Assembly (NCBI GenBank): GCA_965226995.1
Contig: CBDDFK010000009.1
Span: forward strand, 27,699 to 91,698
Reading direction: 5' to 3'
Length of the DNA: 64,000 nt
From: Filomicrobium sp.
GTDB taxonomy: Bacteria; Pseudomonadota; Alphaproteobacteria; Rhizobiales; Hyphomicrobiaceae
Part shown: positions 50,514 through 60,202 of the stretch, piece after piece
How the letters are laid out: each line of letters begins with the position of its first letter
Numbering within the stretch: position 1 is the first letter of the stretch
Made by a program: the position numbers and the translations under genes
The notes under the pieces: model-generated
The model's database searches: none
Told to the model about the DNA's origin: nothing
Seen by the model: the letters and a program-made list of their open reading frames with translations, nothing else

Positions 50514-51320
50514 CTAATCGCCTGCCCGGGCCGCGCGTTGCGCCGCCCGCATCTCGGCGATCTCGCGGCGCAGCCCCTTCAATTCGTCCAAGAGTTCCGC
50601 GAAGTGCGCCTCGTTCTCCTGGTGGTGCACTTCCTCTTTCGTCGTGCTCGCCTGCTCCATGGCATTGACGATGATGGCGATGAACAGGTTCAGAACCGCG
50701 AACGAAACCAGCAGGATGAACGGCACGAAGAAGATCCAGGCATAGGGGTGCACCTCCATGACGGGACGAACGATCCCGGCGGCCCAGGATTCCAGCGTCA
50801 CGATCTGGAACAGCGTGAACAGCGACGCGCCGATGGTGCCGAACCATTCCGGGAACGCCTCGCCGTAGAGCTTCGTCGTCATCACCGCCGCGACGTAGAA
50901 CACGAGCCCGAGCAGCGCGATGACGGAGGCGAGCGCCGGAATGGCGCTGAGAAGCGCCTGCACCACGGTCCGCATCTGCGGAACCATGGAAATCAGCCGC
51001 AACGCCCGCAGGATGCGCAGCGAACGCAGGACCGACAGCCCCTCGGCGGCCGGCACCAGGGCGATCCCGACGATCAGGAAGTCGAAAACGTTCCAGGGAT
51101 CGCGAAAGAAGCCCCACCGGTAGACCGCGAGCTTCATCAGGATCTCCACGCAGAAGATCGCCAGCGCGAGCGTGTCGATGGCGACGAGCAGCGGACCCGC
51201 CGCCGCCATGGCCGTATCGGAGGTTTCGAGCCCGAGCGTAACCGCGTTGACGATAATGACGGCGATGATGAAGTTCGAAAACCAAGGGGCTTCCACCACC
51301 CCGCGCAGCCGCGTGATCAC
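50514..51320 (-). CDS. bacterial voltage-gated sodium channel homologue (BacNav/NaChBac family)
   Basis: Six TM segments. S4 has Arg at every third position (RSLRILRALRLISMVPQMR). Pore sequence is FTLFQIVTLESWAAGIVRPV. C-terminal helical tail. Confidence 0.85.
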   Translation of the reverse strand: MITRLRGVVEAPWFSNFIIAVIIVNAVTLGLETSDTAMAAAGPLLVAIDTLALAIFCVEILMKLAVYRWGFFRDPWNVFDFLIVGIALVPAAEGLSVLRSLRILRALRLISMVPQMRTVVQALLSAIPALASVIALLGLVFYVAAVMTTKLYGEAFPEWFGTIGASLFTLFQIVTLESWAAGIVRPVMEVHPYAWIFFVPFILLVSFAVLNLFIAIIVNAMEQASTTKEEVHHQENEAHFAELLDELKGLRREIAEMRAAQRAARAGD

Positions 51321-51425
51321 AGCGCTTTACCCCTCTCAAGATAGAACCCCCGCCCGGCCGCCGGAAGTTCTGGCCCGGCGGCGCGGATAACAGCCCGTGA
51401 TCTCGATAGGCGGAGGGTGTTTGTC

Positions 51426-51509
51426 AAGCCTCACACCGGTTTACCGAGTGTGAGCAGAACAAGCCGCACACCGGTTTACCGACACCAACGCGCGCTTGCG
51501 CAGCGTTGG
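51426..51509. repeat. two 35-bp-period hairpin-family units plus an adjacent palindrome
   Basis: AAGCCTCACACCGGTTTACCGAGTGTGAG (51426-51454) and AAGCCGCACACCGGTTTACCGACACCAAC (51461-51489), then CCAACGCGCGCTTGCGCAGCGTTGG. Related to the units at 53813-53910. Confidence 0.6.
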
Positions 51510-51760
51510 GCCAAGTGAAGCAAAGCCGGTGAGCCGGACGCATAAGACTGTCAGGGATGCTGCCGGTCCAAACTGTCAGCCGTGTTCCCGGTCGTTCAGA
51601 TGTGATTGCGCGTAATGCGGTAAAGCTAGCGAGGCTGCTGCAGGCAAACCGGATTGGACGAGTTTTAAGACCGCGACCCTGTTCCGGTGGGAACTGCCAG
51701 CGTGGCGCGAGGCGTGCATAGTCTCACTCATCGCCGCCGCACACAGAAGGGACCACCGCC

Positions 51761-51892
51761 ATGCACGCCGACCGCACCGATCAAGCCGACATGCTGCTCT
51801 CCACCGTCATCTTCACCCTCGGCCTCGCCGTTGTCGGCGGCGCAACCGCCACCACGCTGACCGTCCTGACCCAGATCACCACGGCCTTTTGA
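51761..51892 (+). CDS. possible 43-aa hydrophobic small protein
   Basis: ATG lies about 9 nt after AGAAGGG. Sequence is MHADRTDQADMLLSTVIFTLGLAVVGGATATTLTVLTQITTAF. No other support. Confidence 0.25.
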   Translation: MHADRTDQADMLLSTVIFTLGLAVVGGATATTLTVLTQITTAF

Positions 51893-51915
51893 TCGACGTG
51901 CCGGTCGCACAACGC

Positions 51916-52371
51916 TCAGTTCGTCTCGAAGAGCATGCCTTTCTTCGCGAGTTCCTCTTGGGCTTCCTGCGTTTTTTCCAATCCGCCCGCGCCCAATGCC
52001 TTCAACACGGCAGGTGACTTGGTGAACTGGATCGCCTTGTAGTCGACCACCTGGATGCGGTTTCCCCACGGATCGAGAAAATCGAGAAAGCCGTCATCCA
52101 ATCGCTCGATCCCCGCTTTGTCCAACGCCGCGACCACCGCCTGCTTGTCGTCCACGACAAGGCCGAAATGCTGCTCGCGATGCCGGTGGCTGCCGATATC
52201 GGTTTTCATCAGCGCGATGAACTGATCGCCGAGATCGATAAACGCGCCATGGTCGTTGCGCCCGCGCAGCTCGAATTCGAAGACCTTCCCGTAGAAATCC
52301 AGAGCCTCGTCAAGGTCGCCCACGCAAAGGGCGACGTGATTGATACCGAGCGCCTTGGCCGTCATGGTCAT
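51916..52371 (-). CDS. VOC (glyoxalase/bleomycin-resistance/dioxygenase) family protein
   Basis: ATG at 52371 is preceded by AAGGAGA. INHVALCVGDLDEALDFYGKVFEFEL is a typical VOC N-terminus. Confidence 0.85.
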   Translation of the reverse strand: MTMTAKALGINHVALCVGDLDEALDFYGKVFEFELRGRNDHGAFIDLGDQFIALMKTDIGSHRHREQHFGLVVDDKQAVVAALDKAGIERLDDGFLDFLDPWGNRIQVVDYKAIQFTKSPAVLKALGAGGLEKTQEAQEELAKKGMLFETN

Positions 52372-52456
52372 TCTCCTTCGCCGAGATCCTGCTTGCGGGG
52401 AATGACGCCTCTCAACGCTTAGGGTTCCAACCCCGTCCCGCCAACACATTCCGAAA

Positions 52457-53608
52457 TCAGCGCTTCGGCCACGACCAGGCCGGCGGCTCGACGCCCAACA
52501 CCGCCGTTTCGCCGAGTTCCTTGACGAGTTCCAGCCGCTGCGCCCCTTGCGCCGAAAGCGCCTCCACCAGAGGCGCGGCGTGGGAAACAACGATGACCTG
52601 GGACATCTCCGCCGCGCGCGCGATGAGACGGCCGAGCGGCGCCAGAAGATCCGGATGGAGACTCGTTTCCGGTTCGTTGAGGACCAGGAGTGGCGGCGGG
52701 CGCGGCGAAAGCAGCGCGGCGACGAGCAGAAGATAGCGCAGCGTCCCGTCGGACAGCTCACCGGCCTTCAGCGGTCGCAGAAGCCCATGCTGCGACATCA
52801 CCACTTCGAACATGCCGTCCGACACCGCCACGTCAATCGACGCGCCGGGAAACGCATCGCCGATCGCGGTGTCGAGTGCCGCATCGTCGCCGATCTCCCG
52901 GATCGTCTGAAGCGCTGCCGCCAGATCGGTCCCATCGGCGGACAGGCGCGGCGTGCGCGTCCCCACCTGCGGGCGTCTGGCCGGGGCATCGGCGTCTGTG
53001 CGGAAATGATCGTAGAACCGCCAGCTCCGCATGCGCTCGCGCAGCGTCAGGAGCTCCGGCGAGCCCTCGAGGTCCGCCGCCATCATCATCATGCCCTCAT
53101 AGGGCGCGAGTTCCTGGCGCAGCACTTCCCGCGAACCGCGCGCGCCGACAGCCGTCACAACCGGCCCGCGGCGCTCGCACAGGATATTGGCGCGGCGAAC
53201 CATCTCACCCGCGAAAACCGTTTCCGTCTTGATCTCCGGATCGCGCGCGAAAGCCGTACGGGTATCCTTCGGCAAGCCCAGATCAACGGCGTATCCGAAA
53301 TCCTCCGACGCGAAACCGAGCTTTAGCGCGATCCGCTCCTTGCGCACCGTCCCCTGAACCGGCACATCGCCCGATTTCATGCGTCGCGACACCTGCTCAG
53401 GCCCGGCCCACAGCGTTGACGAAAGACCGCCTTCAACCGCCAGCGAACCCACGACGCGCCCTTCGGCCGCCGCCGCCAACAGCCGGATGGCGCGATAGAG
53501 CGACGACTTACCCGAGCCATTCGCGCCGGTAACGACGTTGAGCCGCTCAAGCGGCACGATGATTTCGCGCAGCGAGCGGTATCCGGAAATGGCGATGGTG
53601 ATGAGCAT
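52457..53608 (-). CDS. AAA/ABC-type ATPase (AAA_21/COG4637-like)
   Basis: ATG at 53608. Walker A VVTGANGSGKSSLY. Signature and Walker B region LSDGTLRYLLLVAAL...LLVLNEPETSLHPD. Confidence 0.8.
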   Translation of the reverse strand: MLITIAISGYRSLREIIVPLERLNVVTGANGSGKSSLYRAIRLLAAAAEGRVVGSLAVEGGLSSTLWAGPEQVSRRMKSGDVPVQGTVRKERIALKLGFASEDFGYAVDLGLPKDTRTAFARDPEIKTETVFAGEMVRRANILCERRGPVVTAVGARGSREVLRQELAPYEGMMMMAADLEGSPELLTLRERMRSWRFYDHFRTDADAPARRPQVGTRTPRLSADGTDLAAALQTIREIGDDAALDTAIGDAFPGASIDVAVSDGMFEVVMSQHGLLRPLKAGELSDGTLRYLLLVAALLSPRPPPLLVLNEPETSLHPDLLAPLGRLIARAAEMSQVIVVSHAAPLVEALSAQGAQRLELVKELGETAVLGVEPPAWSWPKR

Positions 53609-53735
53609 GGGGCGATCAATGAACCGAGACAGCCTGTCGAACCTTCGACCCGCAACCTGGCCGGTTATCGTGGCGCGACCAAGCCCAGCGGCACGGCCCC
53701 GCGGAGCGCCAGCGGCGCGTGAGCGAGAACAAGAA

Positions 53736-54292
<557 letters not shown>

Positions 54293-54323
54293 ACGGTGAA
54301 TAAGGCCCCGGAGCGGGACGCCG

Positions 54324-55148
54324 TCAAGATACGATTGAAGGCCCTGCTGCCGCCACCAGCCGCTCCAGCGTCGCCACCGTCGAAGCGTCAATGACGCCAT
54401 CCACCCGCTGCGGCCGGAAATGAATCTGAAACGCCGCGATCACCTTGCGCGCCTCGGCATCGAGAACGCCGTCCTCGCCGATGCCGTAGCCGTAGCCCGC
54501 CAAGAGCCGCTTTATATGGCGCACTGTTTCCGGATCGGTCTGCTGCGAATGCGACCCGATCAGCGGCCCGACCGGTTCGGGTGCAACCCAACGTCCGACG
54601 CCAGCCTCCGCCAGCCCCTTCCAGTCGAAGCGCTCGCCAGGGTCGATCTTCCGCCCCGGCGCCACGTCGGAGTGGCCAAGCACGCCTTCGGGTTCGATCC
54701 CCCAGCGCCCGATGATATCGCGCGAGAGGTCCGCCACCGCCTGCATCTGTCGATCTGGAAAGTCGCAGTAGTCCTCGCCATGGCCGGGATTGTGGATCTC
54801 GATCCCAATGGATGCGGAATTGATGTCGGTCTCGCCGTGCCACGACGACTGGCCCGCATGCCAGGCGCGCATGTCCTCGCGAACGAGTTGCGTGACCGTC
54901 CCATCGACATCGACGACGTAATGGCTCGACACGCCGCTCTCCGGCCGGGAAAGCCAGTCGATCGCTTTCGCGCACGAATCCATCCCGGTGTAGTGCAGGA
55001 GCAGGATCGACGGCACCAGACCGGACTTGCGCTGCCCGTAGTTCGCCGAACGGTGCAACGCGCTCACATACCGCGACTCCGGTTCTTCGAGGCGCGGAAG
55101 GTCCACCGCCGCTCCACGCGCCGAGGCTCGCGCGCCGCCGTCAGTCAT
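54324..55148 (-). CDS. N-acetylmuramoyl-L-alanine amidase (AmpD/Amidase_2 type) with C-terminal peptidoglycan-binding domain
   Basis: Motifs LLLHYTGM, SSHYVVDVDGTVTQLV, RAWHAG, IGIEIHNPG. The C-terminus resembles PG_binding_1 (IKRLLAGYGYGIGEDGVLDAEARKVIAAFQ). Confidence 0.85.
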   Translation of the reverse strand: MTDGGARASARGAAVDLPRLEEPESRYVSALHRSANYGQRKSGLVPSILLLHYTGMDSCAKAIDWLSRPESGVSSHYVVDVDGTVTQLVREDMRAWHAGQSSWHGETDINSASIGIEIHNPGHGEDYCDFPDRQMQAVADLSRDIIGRWGIEPEGVLGHSDVAPGRKIDPGERFDWKGLAEAGVGRWVAPEPVGPLIGSHSQQTDPETVRHIKRLLAGYGYGIGEDGVLDAEARKVIAAFQIHFRPQRVDGVIDASTVATLERLVAAAGPSIVS

Positions 55149-55887
55149 TGCTTGGTTCCGTTGACTTGACGCCCGAAGATTTCAGGCCGCGTTCGGCGCG
55201 GATCGCATCGTAGGCCGCGTTGATCGCCGCCATCTTCCGGTCTGCGATCACCAGAAATTCAATCGGCACGCCTTCGGCCGCCAAACGGTCGGGATGGTTC
55301 TCCCGCACCAGCGCCTTGCGCCGCGCCGCGAGTTCTTCGTCGCTGGCGTCCGGCGGCAAGCCGAGCACTTCGTACGGGCTGTCGGGATCGCGCACGAACA
55401 ACGAGCGCACGCGCCTATACTCGCGTTCGTCGAAACCGAACCGGCGCGCCACTTCCTCAAGGAAAGCCTCTTCGGCCGAATGCAGAACGCCATCGGCGGC
55501 GGCGATGTTGAAAAGGCATTCGAACACGTCGCGCAGTAGCGCGGGTTCATCGGCAAGCAGCCGGGCGATCCGCTCGGCGTAAACCTCAAACCCCGCCACG
55601 TCCTGCGCAGCCAGCCGGTATACGCGGTCGACGTTGGCCCGCTCCTCCGGGGGCACGAAGAAGCAGCGCTCGAAAGCCTGGGTCTCCACCTCGACGGCCA
55701 CACCATCGGCTTTTGCCATCTTCGCCGCAAGGCCGACGAACGCCATGGTGAAGGCAAGCTGCTTGCTCGGCGGCTTCGGCGAAAACCAGCCCCATGGCAC
55801 CAGGCCGCGCACAGCCTTCCCGACGCCGGAGACGAAAGAGCCGATCCGGTCAGGAGCGATGCGGGTGATGAGCGCGTTCCACGACAT
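55141..55887 (-). CDS. djlA: DjlA-type co-chaperone (TerB-like domain plus C-terminal J domain)
   Basis: Hydrophobic N-terminal region. TerB-like AKADGVAVEVETQAFE...AAADGVLHSAEEAFL. J domain PYEVLGLPPDASDEELAARRKALVRENHPDR. Confidence 0.75.
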   Translation of the reverse strand: MSWNALITRIAPDRIGSFVSGVGKAVRGLVPWGWFSPKPPSKQLAFTMAFVGLAAKMAKADGVAVEVETQAFERCFFVPPEERANVDRVYRLAAQDVAGFEVYAERIARLLADEPALLRDVFECLFNIAAADGVLHSAEEAFLEEVARRFGFDEREYRRVRSLFVRDPDSPYEVLGLPPDASDEELAARRKALVRENHPDRLAAEGVPIEFLVIADRKMAAINAAYDAIRAERGLKSSGVKSTEPSND

Positions 55888-56050
55888 GGTTTCTCATACT
55901 GCGTTTTTGCGATGCGCTCAAAGGAAAGGCCGTGCGAAGGCCCACGGCAAGCGGCAAAATCCGCAATCGCGGTCACCTCAGCGTAATGGCCCGCCCAACG
56001 GACGGGGCCGGGCGCGGCCCAATCGTTCGCGGGCAGCGGCAAGAGACAAA

Positions 56051-56234
56051 ACAAGCCGCAGGCTCAGAGCGCAAGGCGCTCCGGCGAAAGCGCCGCCCCG
56101 TCGGAGCCGCCCGAGCGCAGCGAGGATCAGCGGCGCGAGACAACAAGCCGCTAGGCTCAGAGCGCAAGGCGCTCCGGCGCAAGCGCCGCCCCGTCGGAGC
56201 CGCCCGAGCGCAGCGAGGATCAGCGGCGCGAGAC
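56051..56234. repeat. 92-bp tandem direct repeat, two full copies plus a partial copy upstream
   Basis: 56051-56142 and 56143-56234 differ at about 2 positions. Each unit holds short GC hairpins (AGCGC-AAG-GCGCT, GGCG-AAA-GCGCC). 56031-56050 resembles the end of a unit. Confidence 0.85.
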
Positions 56235-56243
56235 AAACAAGCT

Positions 56244-56930
56244 CTAACGGCAGACCCGGTAAGTGCCCTTGCGCCCGTGCCGGGCCAGATCGACGTGGAA
56301 ATGATCGTGGTGAAAACGGTCCGCGTTGGGTCCGAGCACCGTCGTGAACTGACGGCAGGCGCTCGCGTGAACCGCCCGCAGGAAGCTCCTTTCAGCCGAG
56401 GTCCCGTGCCAGCCGCGCTTCACGGTGATCTGCCGCCCATCCGCCAGATAGAAGGAGGAAACATCGAGCGCATTGGCCAGACCGTGCTCGGAAAGCTTGG
56501 CGCCGGGTTGACCGTTCCGTGTCCGGCAGGAATAGGACGCCGCCACCTTCAGCGCCACGACCGGGGACCCCAGGTGCCGAGCCGCTAAAGGAGAGATGGA
56601 GCCGCTGACCCAGTCGTCCACCGCCGTGACCATCGCACAGCGCAGCACGGCCGCCGGACGCAACTGCACCCGCCCGTAATCGGCCGCCGCCATTTTGAAG
56701 GGCTTGAGCGCGCCGCACACCCCCGGCCCGCCAAGGCCACTCATCGGGGTGACGAACGCGGTCGGACGCACCTTCCCCGAAGCCAGACATGCCTGCTCGC
56801 TGGTATCGCGCCATGGCGCCTTGGTGCCCTGGAACGCCGTGGGGCCAGGCGAACCGGCACAGCTCGCGGCAAGAAGGGCAGCCAGAGCGACCGCGGAAAT
56901 GGAGGCGAGGGTCTTCAACAAACGCGACAT
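56244..56930 (-). CDS. extensin-like C-terminal domain family protein (exported)
   Basis: Signal/lipobox-like ALAALLAASCAG. Conserved tail LSEHGLANALDVSSF...FTTVLGPNADRFHHDHFHVDLARH. Confidence 0.75.
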   Translation of the reverse strand: MSRLLKTLASISAVALAALLAASCAGSPGPTAFQGTKAPWRDTSEQACLASGKVRPTAFVTPMSGLGGPGVCGALKPFKMAAADYGRVQLRPAAVLRCAMVTAVDDWVSGSISPLAARHLGSPVVALKVAASYSCRTRNGQPGAKLSEHGLANALDVSSFYLADGRQITVKRGWHGTSAERSFLRAVHASACRQFTTVLGPNADRFHHDHFHVDLARHGRKGTYRVCR

Positions 56931-57703
56931 GGGCGGAAGAATAGGACCAGCTTCCTGAAATTCGGGTGAACAGCGAGAGAACGCGCCTGCAATTCCGGTT
57001 CACGTGCAGAGCAGGGGCGGATTTCAGAACCAACACAATTCGTGCATGGAACTCCGGCCGAAGCGCGACCAAACGACGGCGACAGAATGGTTCAAAGCGA
57101 ACGATTCCAGGGAGTTGGCTCAATTGAAGCGCGAAATACAGCGTGCCGCGACGCATCGGGGACTTGACGCACGCGGAACTTTATCCACAGCGCCGGCTAA
57201 ATGATTCGAAATTCTGAGACTCCGGAAGGCCGCCATGTTAAAAAATTGAACGTCAAAGAAGCGGGTCAATCGGCCTTCCGAGCTGAATATGTGCGGTAAG
57301 GTCAAGCGTTCGCCGGGATTGGGTCCATTAAAGTTTGCGTCGTATTGCGTAGGGCTCAATCGGTAGGTTTGGCAGGCGGATCGGACGGCTTCTAGGCATC
57401 GTGCTCGCGTACGGACGGCGGTCAAGTCCGATGGGCCGATTAAGGTACAGACCTCAGCGTTGTATGCGTAGGAGCCCCGCTCGTTTGCGCCGGTAAGAGC
57501 TGATGACAACCCCCGCGTTTGTCCCTTTCAGCTTCACCGCCGCCTGAGCGGGGTCTTCGCGTCGGAACTGCATCCACACGGCACCCGCGCAACTCAGCGA
57601 ATTAAGAACCTGCCGCTGGAAATTCGCGAATGATTGTCGCGCAAGGCGGGACAAACGCGCCACCCTATGACGCCCGGCTCCGCGACCCTTCTCGCAGCCG
57701 CCT

Positions 57704-58474
57704 TCATCCGTTCCGTTCGAGGAAGTCGAGCACCGCCTGCTTGTAGCCCTTGTCGCCGACGGCCTTCATGTGATCCCGGTCTTCAATCACGTAGCTGGTC
57801 CCGGTGGGGATCAATGCCGCCAAGTCGCCCGGCGGCCCGGCGATTACATCCTCGCTGCCAACGGCGACGAGCACCGGGCAGTTGAGGCGCCCGACATCGT
57901 CGCGGCTGATGGGATCGCGCGAAGAGCGGATGCAAGCGGCAAGCGCCTTCAGGTCGCTGCCCGTCTGTTCCGCGAACACCCGGAACGTGCGCGCCGTGGG
58001 GTTGGTGACAGCCTCCAGCGATGGTGCCTCCAGCGCCGCGGCGATTGGGCCCGTTCCCGCCATGCCGCGCACCATGTTGAAGCCAAGCCCGCCAAACACG
58101 GCGGTCCTTACCCGCTGTGGATGCGCGAGAGCGAGAAACGCCGTGATGCGCGCGCCCATAGAGTAGCCCATGATGTGGGCGGACTCGATCCCGAGATGGT
58201 CGAGCAGCCGGCGGGCATCTTCCGCCATCAACGGCCCACCGTAGTCTCCTGGATCGTAAAGCTTCTCGCTCTTCCCATGCCCCCGATTGTCGATGGCGAT
58301 TGTACGGTAGCCGGCTTCTGTTAGCGTCCGCACCCAGCCCGGCGTCGTCCAGTTCATATCGATATGCGAGGCGAAGCCGTGGATCAGCAGAATTGGCGCG
58401 CTATTGCGAGCCTCACCAACGGGTGGAACGTCGATGAACGCGAGGCGTACACCGTCGGAGTCGAAAGTCTGCAT
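57704..58474 (-). CDS. alpha/beta hydrolase
   Basis: Motifs ILLIHGFAS, DNRGHGKSEK, IMGYSMGARI (GxSxG), DRDHM. Confidence 0.85.
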   Translation of the reverse strand: MQTFDSDGVRLAFIDVPPVGEARNSAPILLIHGFASHIDMNWTTPGWVRTLTEAGYRTIAIDNRGHGKSEKLYDPGDYGGPLMAEDARRLLDHLGIESAHIMGYSMGARITAFLALAHPQRVRTAVFGGLGFNMVRGMAGTGPIAAALEAPSLEAVTNPTARTFRVFAEQTGSDLKALAACIRSSRDPISRDDVGRLNCPVLVAVGSEDVIAGPPGDLAALIPTGTSYVIEDRDHMKAVGDKGYKQAVLDFLERNG

Positions 58475-58676
58475 GATGCCCGGCTCCTTTAGGGGCTAGA
58501 AAGAGGAGGGCGACCGCAAAGGCCGCGGCGGCCGGCACATCGCCTATCGGGCCGCTACATTTTCCCGCCTACCATTCCTGGCGGCGGAGCGCTATCGTCC
58601 CCCGCGATCCGCGTAATAGCCGCCGCGCGAACGGCGCGGACAGCTTGGCAGAGCTGGCAACCACGAAGAGAGCATC

Positions 58677-58931
58677 ATGGCAGCAAGCACGATTCCCCAT
58701 CTGGCCAATGACGACGGCGCCGAGAAGATCTTCATCGGCGTCAAGGAATTCCAATGCATGGGGGCCCGCGCGCCCTACGATCATCCGCACGTATTCCTCG
58801 ACATGGGCGCCGACGACCAGATCATCTGCCCTTATTGCTCGACGCTCTACGTCTATGACAGCCGCCTTAACGCCGAAGAATCCGATCCTCCCGGCTGCGT
58901 CGTGTCCGAGCCGAAGGAAAACGCGGCCTGA
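58677..58931 (+). CDS. zinc-finger (zf-CHCC, NDUFS6-like) small protein
   Basis: FQCMGARAPYDHPHVFLDMGADDQIICPYCSTLYVYD. Confidence 0.7.
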   Translation: MAASTIPHLANDDGAEKIFIGVKEFQCMGARAPYDHPHVFLDMGADDQIICPYCSTLYVYDSRLNAEESDPPGCVVSEPKENAA

Positions 58932-58946
58932 TCCAGGGCCCAACGC

Positions 58947-60173
58947 ATGGCGCCGGCTCATCCACAATCCGGCTCGCGCCGAAACACTGGCGGCGAGCTT
59001 AACGTCGCCATCGCCGGAGGGGGCATCGGTGGCCTCGCGGCGGCACTCGCCATAAGCGCGATCGGCGCCGAAGTGACGGTCTACGAGAAGCGCAGCGATC
59101 GCCTCGAAGAGGGCGCGGGAATACAGCTCGGTCCCAACGGGACGCGCATCCTGCGATCTCTCGGCGTCCTTGAGCGGCTGATGGAGACCGCGGCGGCGCC
59201 GATGCAGCTTATCGTCAACGACGCACCTTCCGGCCGCCGGCTGGCCCGACTACCGCTCGGCACCTGGATGGAAAACCGTCACGGGGCGCCCTACCTCACC
59301 GCACAGCGCGCCGACCTCCACACCGCGCTCGAAGAAGCCGTGGCCGCCGCGCCGCGCGTCGCGCTCCACCGGGGCACTTCTGTCGCCGACGTAGAGCACC
59401 GCGATGAAACGGTGGTGCCGGTCTCCGATAATGGCCGGGAACTCGGCCGCTTCGACCTCCTCATAGCCGCAGACGGCCTACGCTCCCGATTGCGCCGCAA
59501 CACCGCTCCGGCAAGCCCGCTACTTTCCTTCACCGGCAAGAGTGCGGCCCGCGCGGTCGTGCCGGTCAGCGAGCTGCCCGATGGGCCGCAAACCGCGCGC
59601 GACAGTGTCGGCATCTGGCTTTCGCCGAGAGGACACCTTGTGCACTATCCGGTGAACGCTGGCCGGCATCTGGCGCTCGTCGTCATCCGGAACGGCGTCG
59701 ATGCCGACGAGAGCTGGGCAACCCGCGTCGACAGGAAGTGGGTCGAGGAAGCCGTGTCGGATTTTGCCAGGCCCGCGCGCGATATCGTAACCGCCGCCGA
59801 CACCTTCAGAAAGTGGTCGCTATTCGGCATGCCACCGCTCGAGAGCTTCGTCAGCAGCCGCGTGGCGCTACTCGGTGACGCCGCCCATCCCGTACTCCCG
59901 TTCTTCGCTCAAGGCGCCGTCCTGGCGCTGGAAGACGCCGCGACGCTGACCGACTGCCTTCGCCGGCACGAAAACGTCGCGCCAGCCCTTGCAGACTACG
60001 ATCTCGCCCGCCGACCCAGGGCCGAGGCGGTGCAGCAAGCTTCCAGGAACAATGGCCGGATCTACCATCTCGCCGGCGCGATGCGGCATGCTCGGAACAT
60101 GACGCTGAAGTTCGCCCCGCCCGAACGGATGATGGCCCGCTACGACTGGCTCTATGGATGGCGCGTAGGTTGA
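58947..60173 (+). CDS. FAD-dependent monooxygenase (salicylate hydroxylase/UbiH-like)
   Basis: Dinucleotide-binding VAIAGGGIGGLAAALAI. Motifs DLLIAADGLRSRLR and LLGDAAHPVLPFFAQGAVLALED. Confidence 0.85.
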   Translation: MAPAHPQSGSRRNTGGELNVAIAGGGIGGLAAALAISAIGAEVTVYEKRSDRLEEGAGIQLGPNGTRILRSLGVLERLMETAAAPMQLIVNDAPSGRRLARLPLGTWMENRHGAPYLTAQRADLHTALEEAVAAAPRVALHRGTSVADVEHRDETVVPVSDNGRELGRFDLLIAADGLRSRLRRNTAPASPLLSFTGKSAARAVVPVSELPDGPQTARDSVGIWLSPRGHLVHYPVNAGRHLALVVIRNGVDADESWATRVDRKWVEEAVSDFARPARDIVTAADTFRKWSLFGMPPLESFVSSRVALLGDAAHPVLPFFAQGAVLALEDAATLTDCLRRHENVAPALADYDLARRPRAEAVQQASRNNGRIYHLAGAMRHARNMTLKFAPPERMMARYDWLYGWRVG

Positions 60174-60202
60174 GAGTGCAGGCACGGCCGTTCGGTTCGC
60201 CG

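Noticed and set aside
55932-56588. ORFs with a repeated peptide (GSERKALRRKRRPVGAARAQRGSAARD twice) and its antisense counterpart 55973..56236
   Set aside because: The peptide repeat simply mirrors the 92-bp DNA tandem repeat. The composition is Arg-rich shadow-frame-like and there are no start signals.
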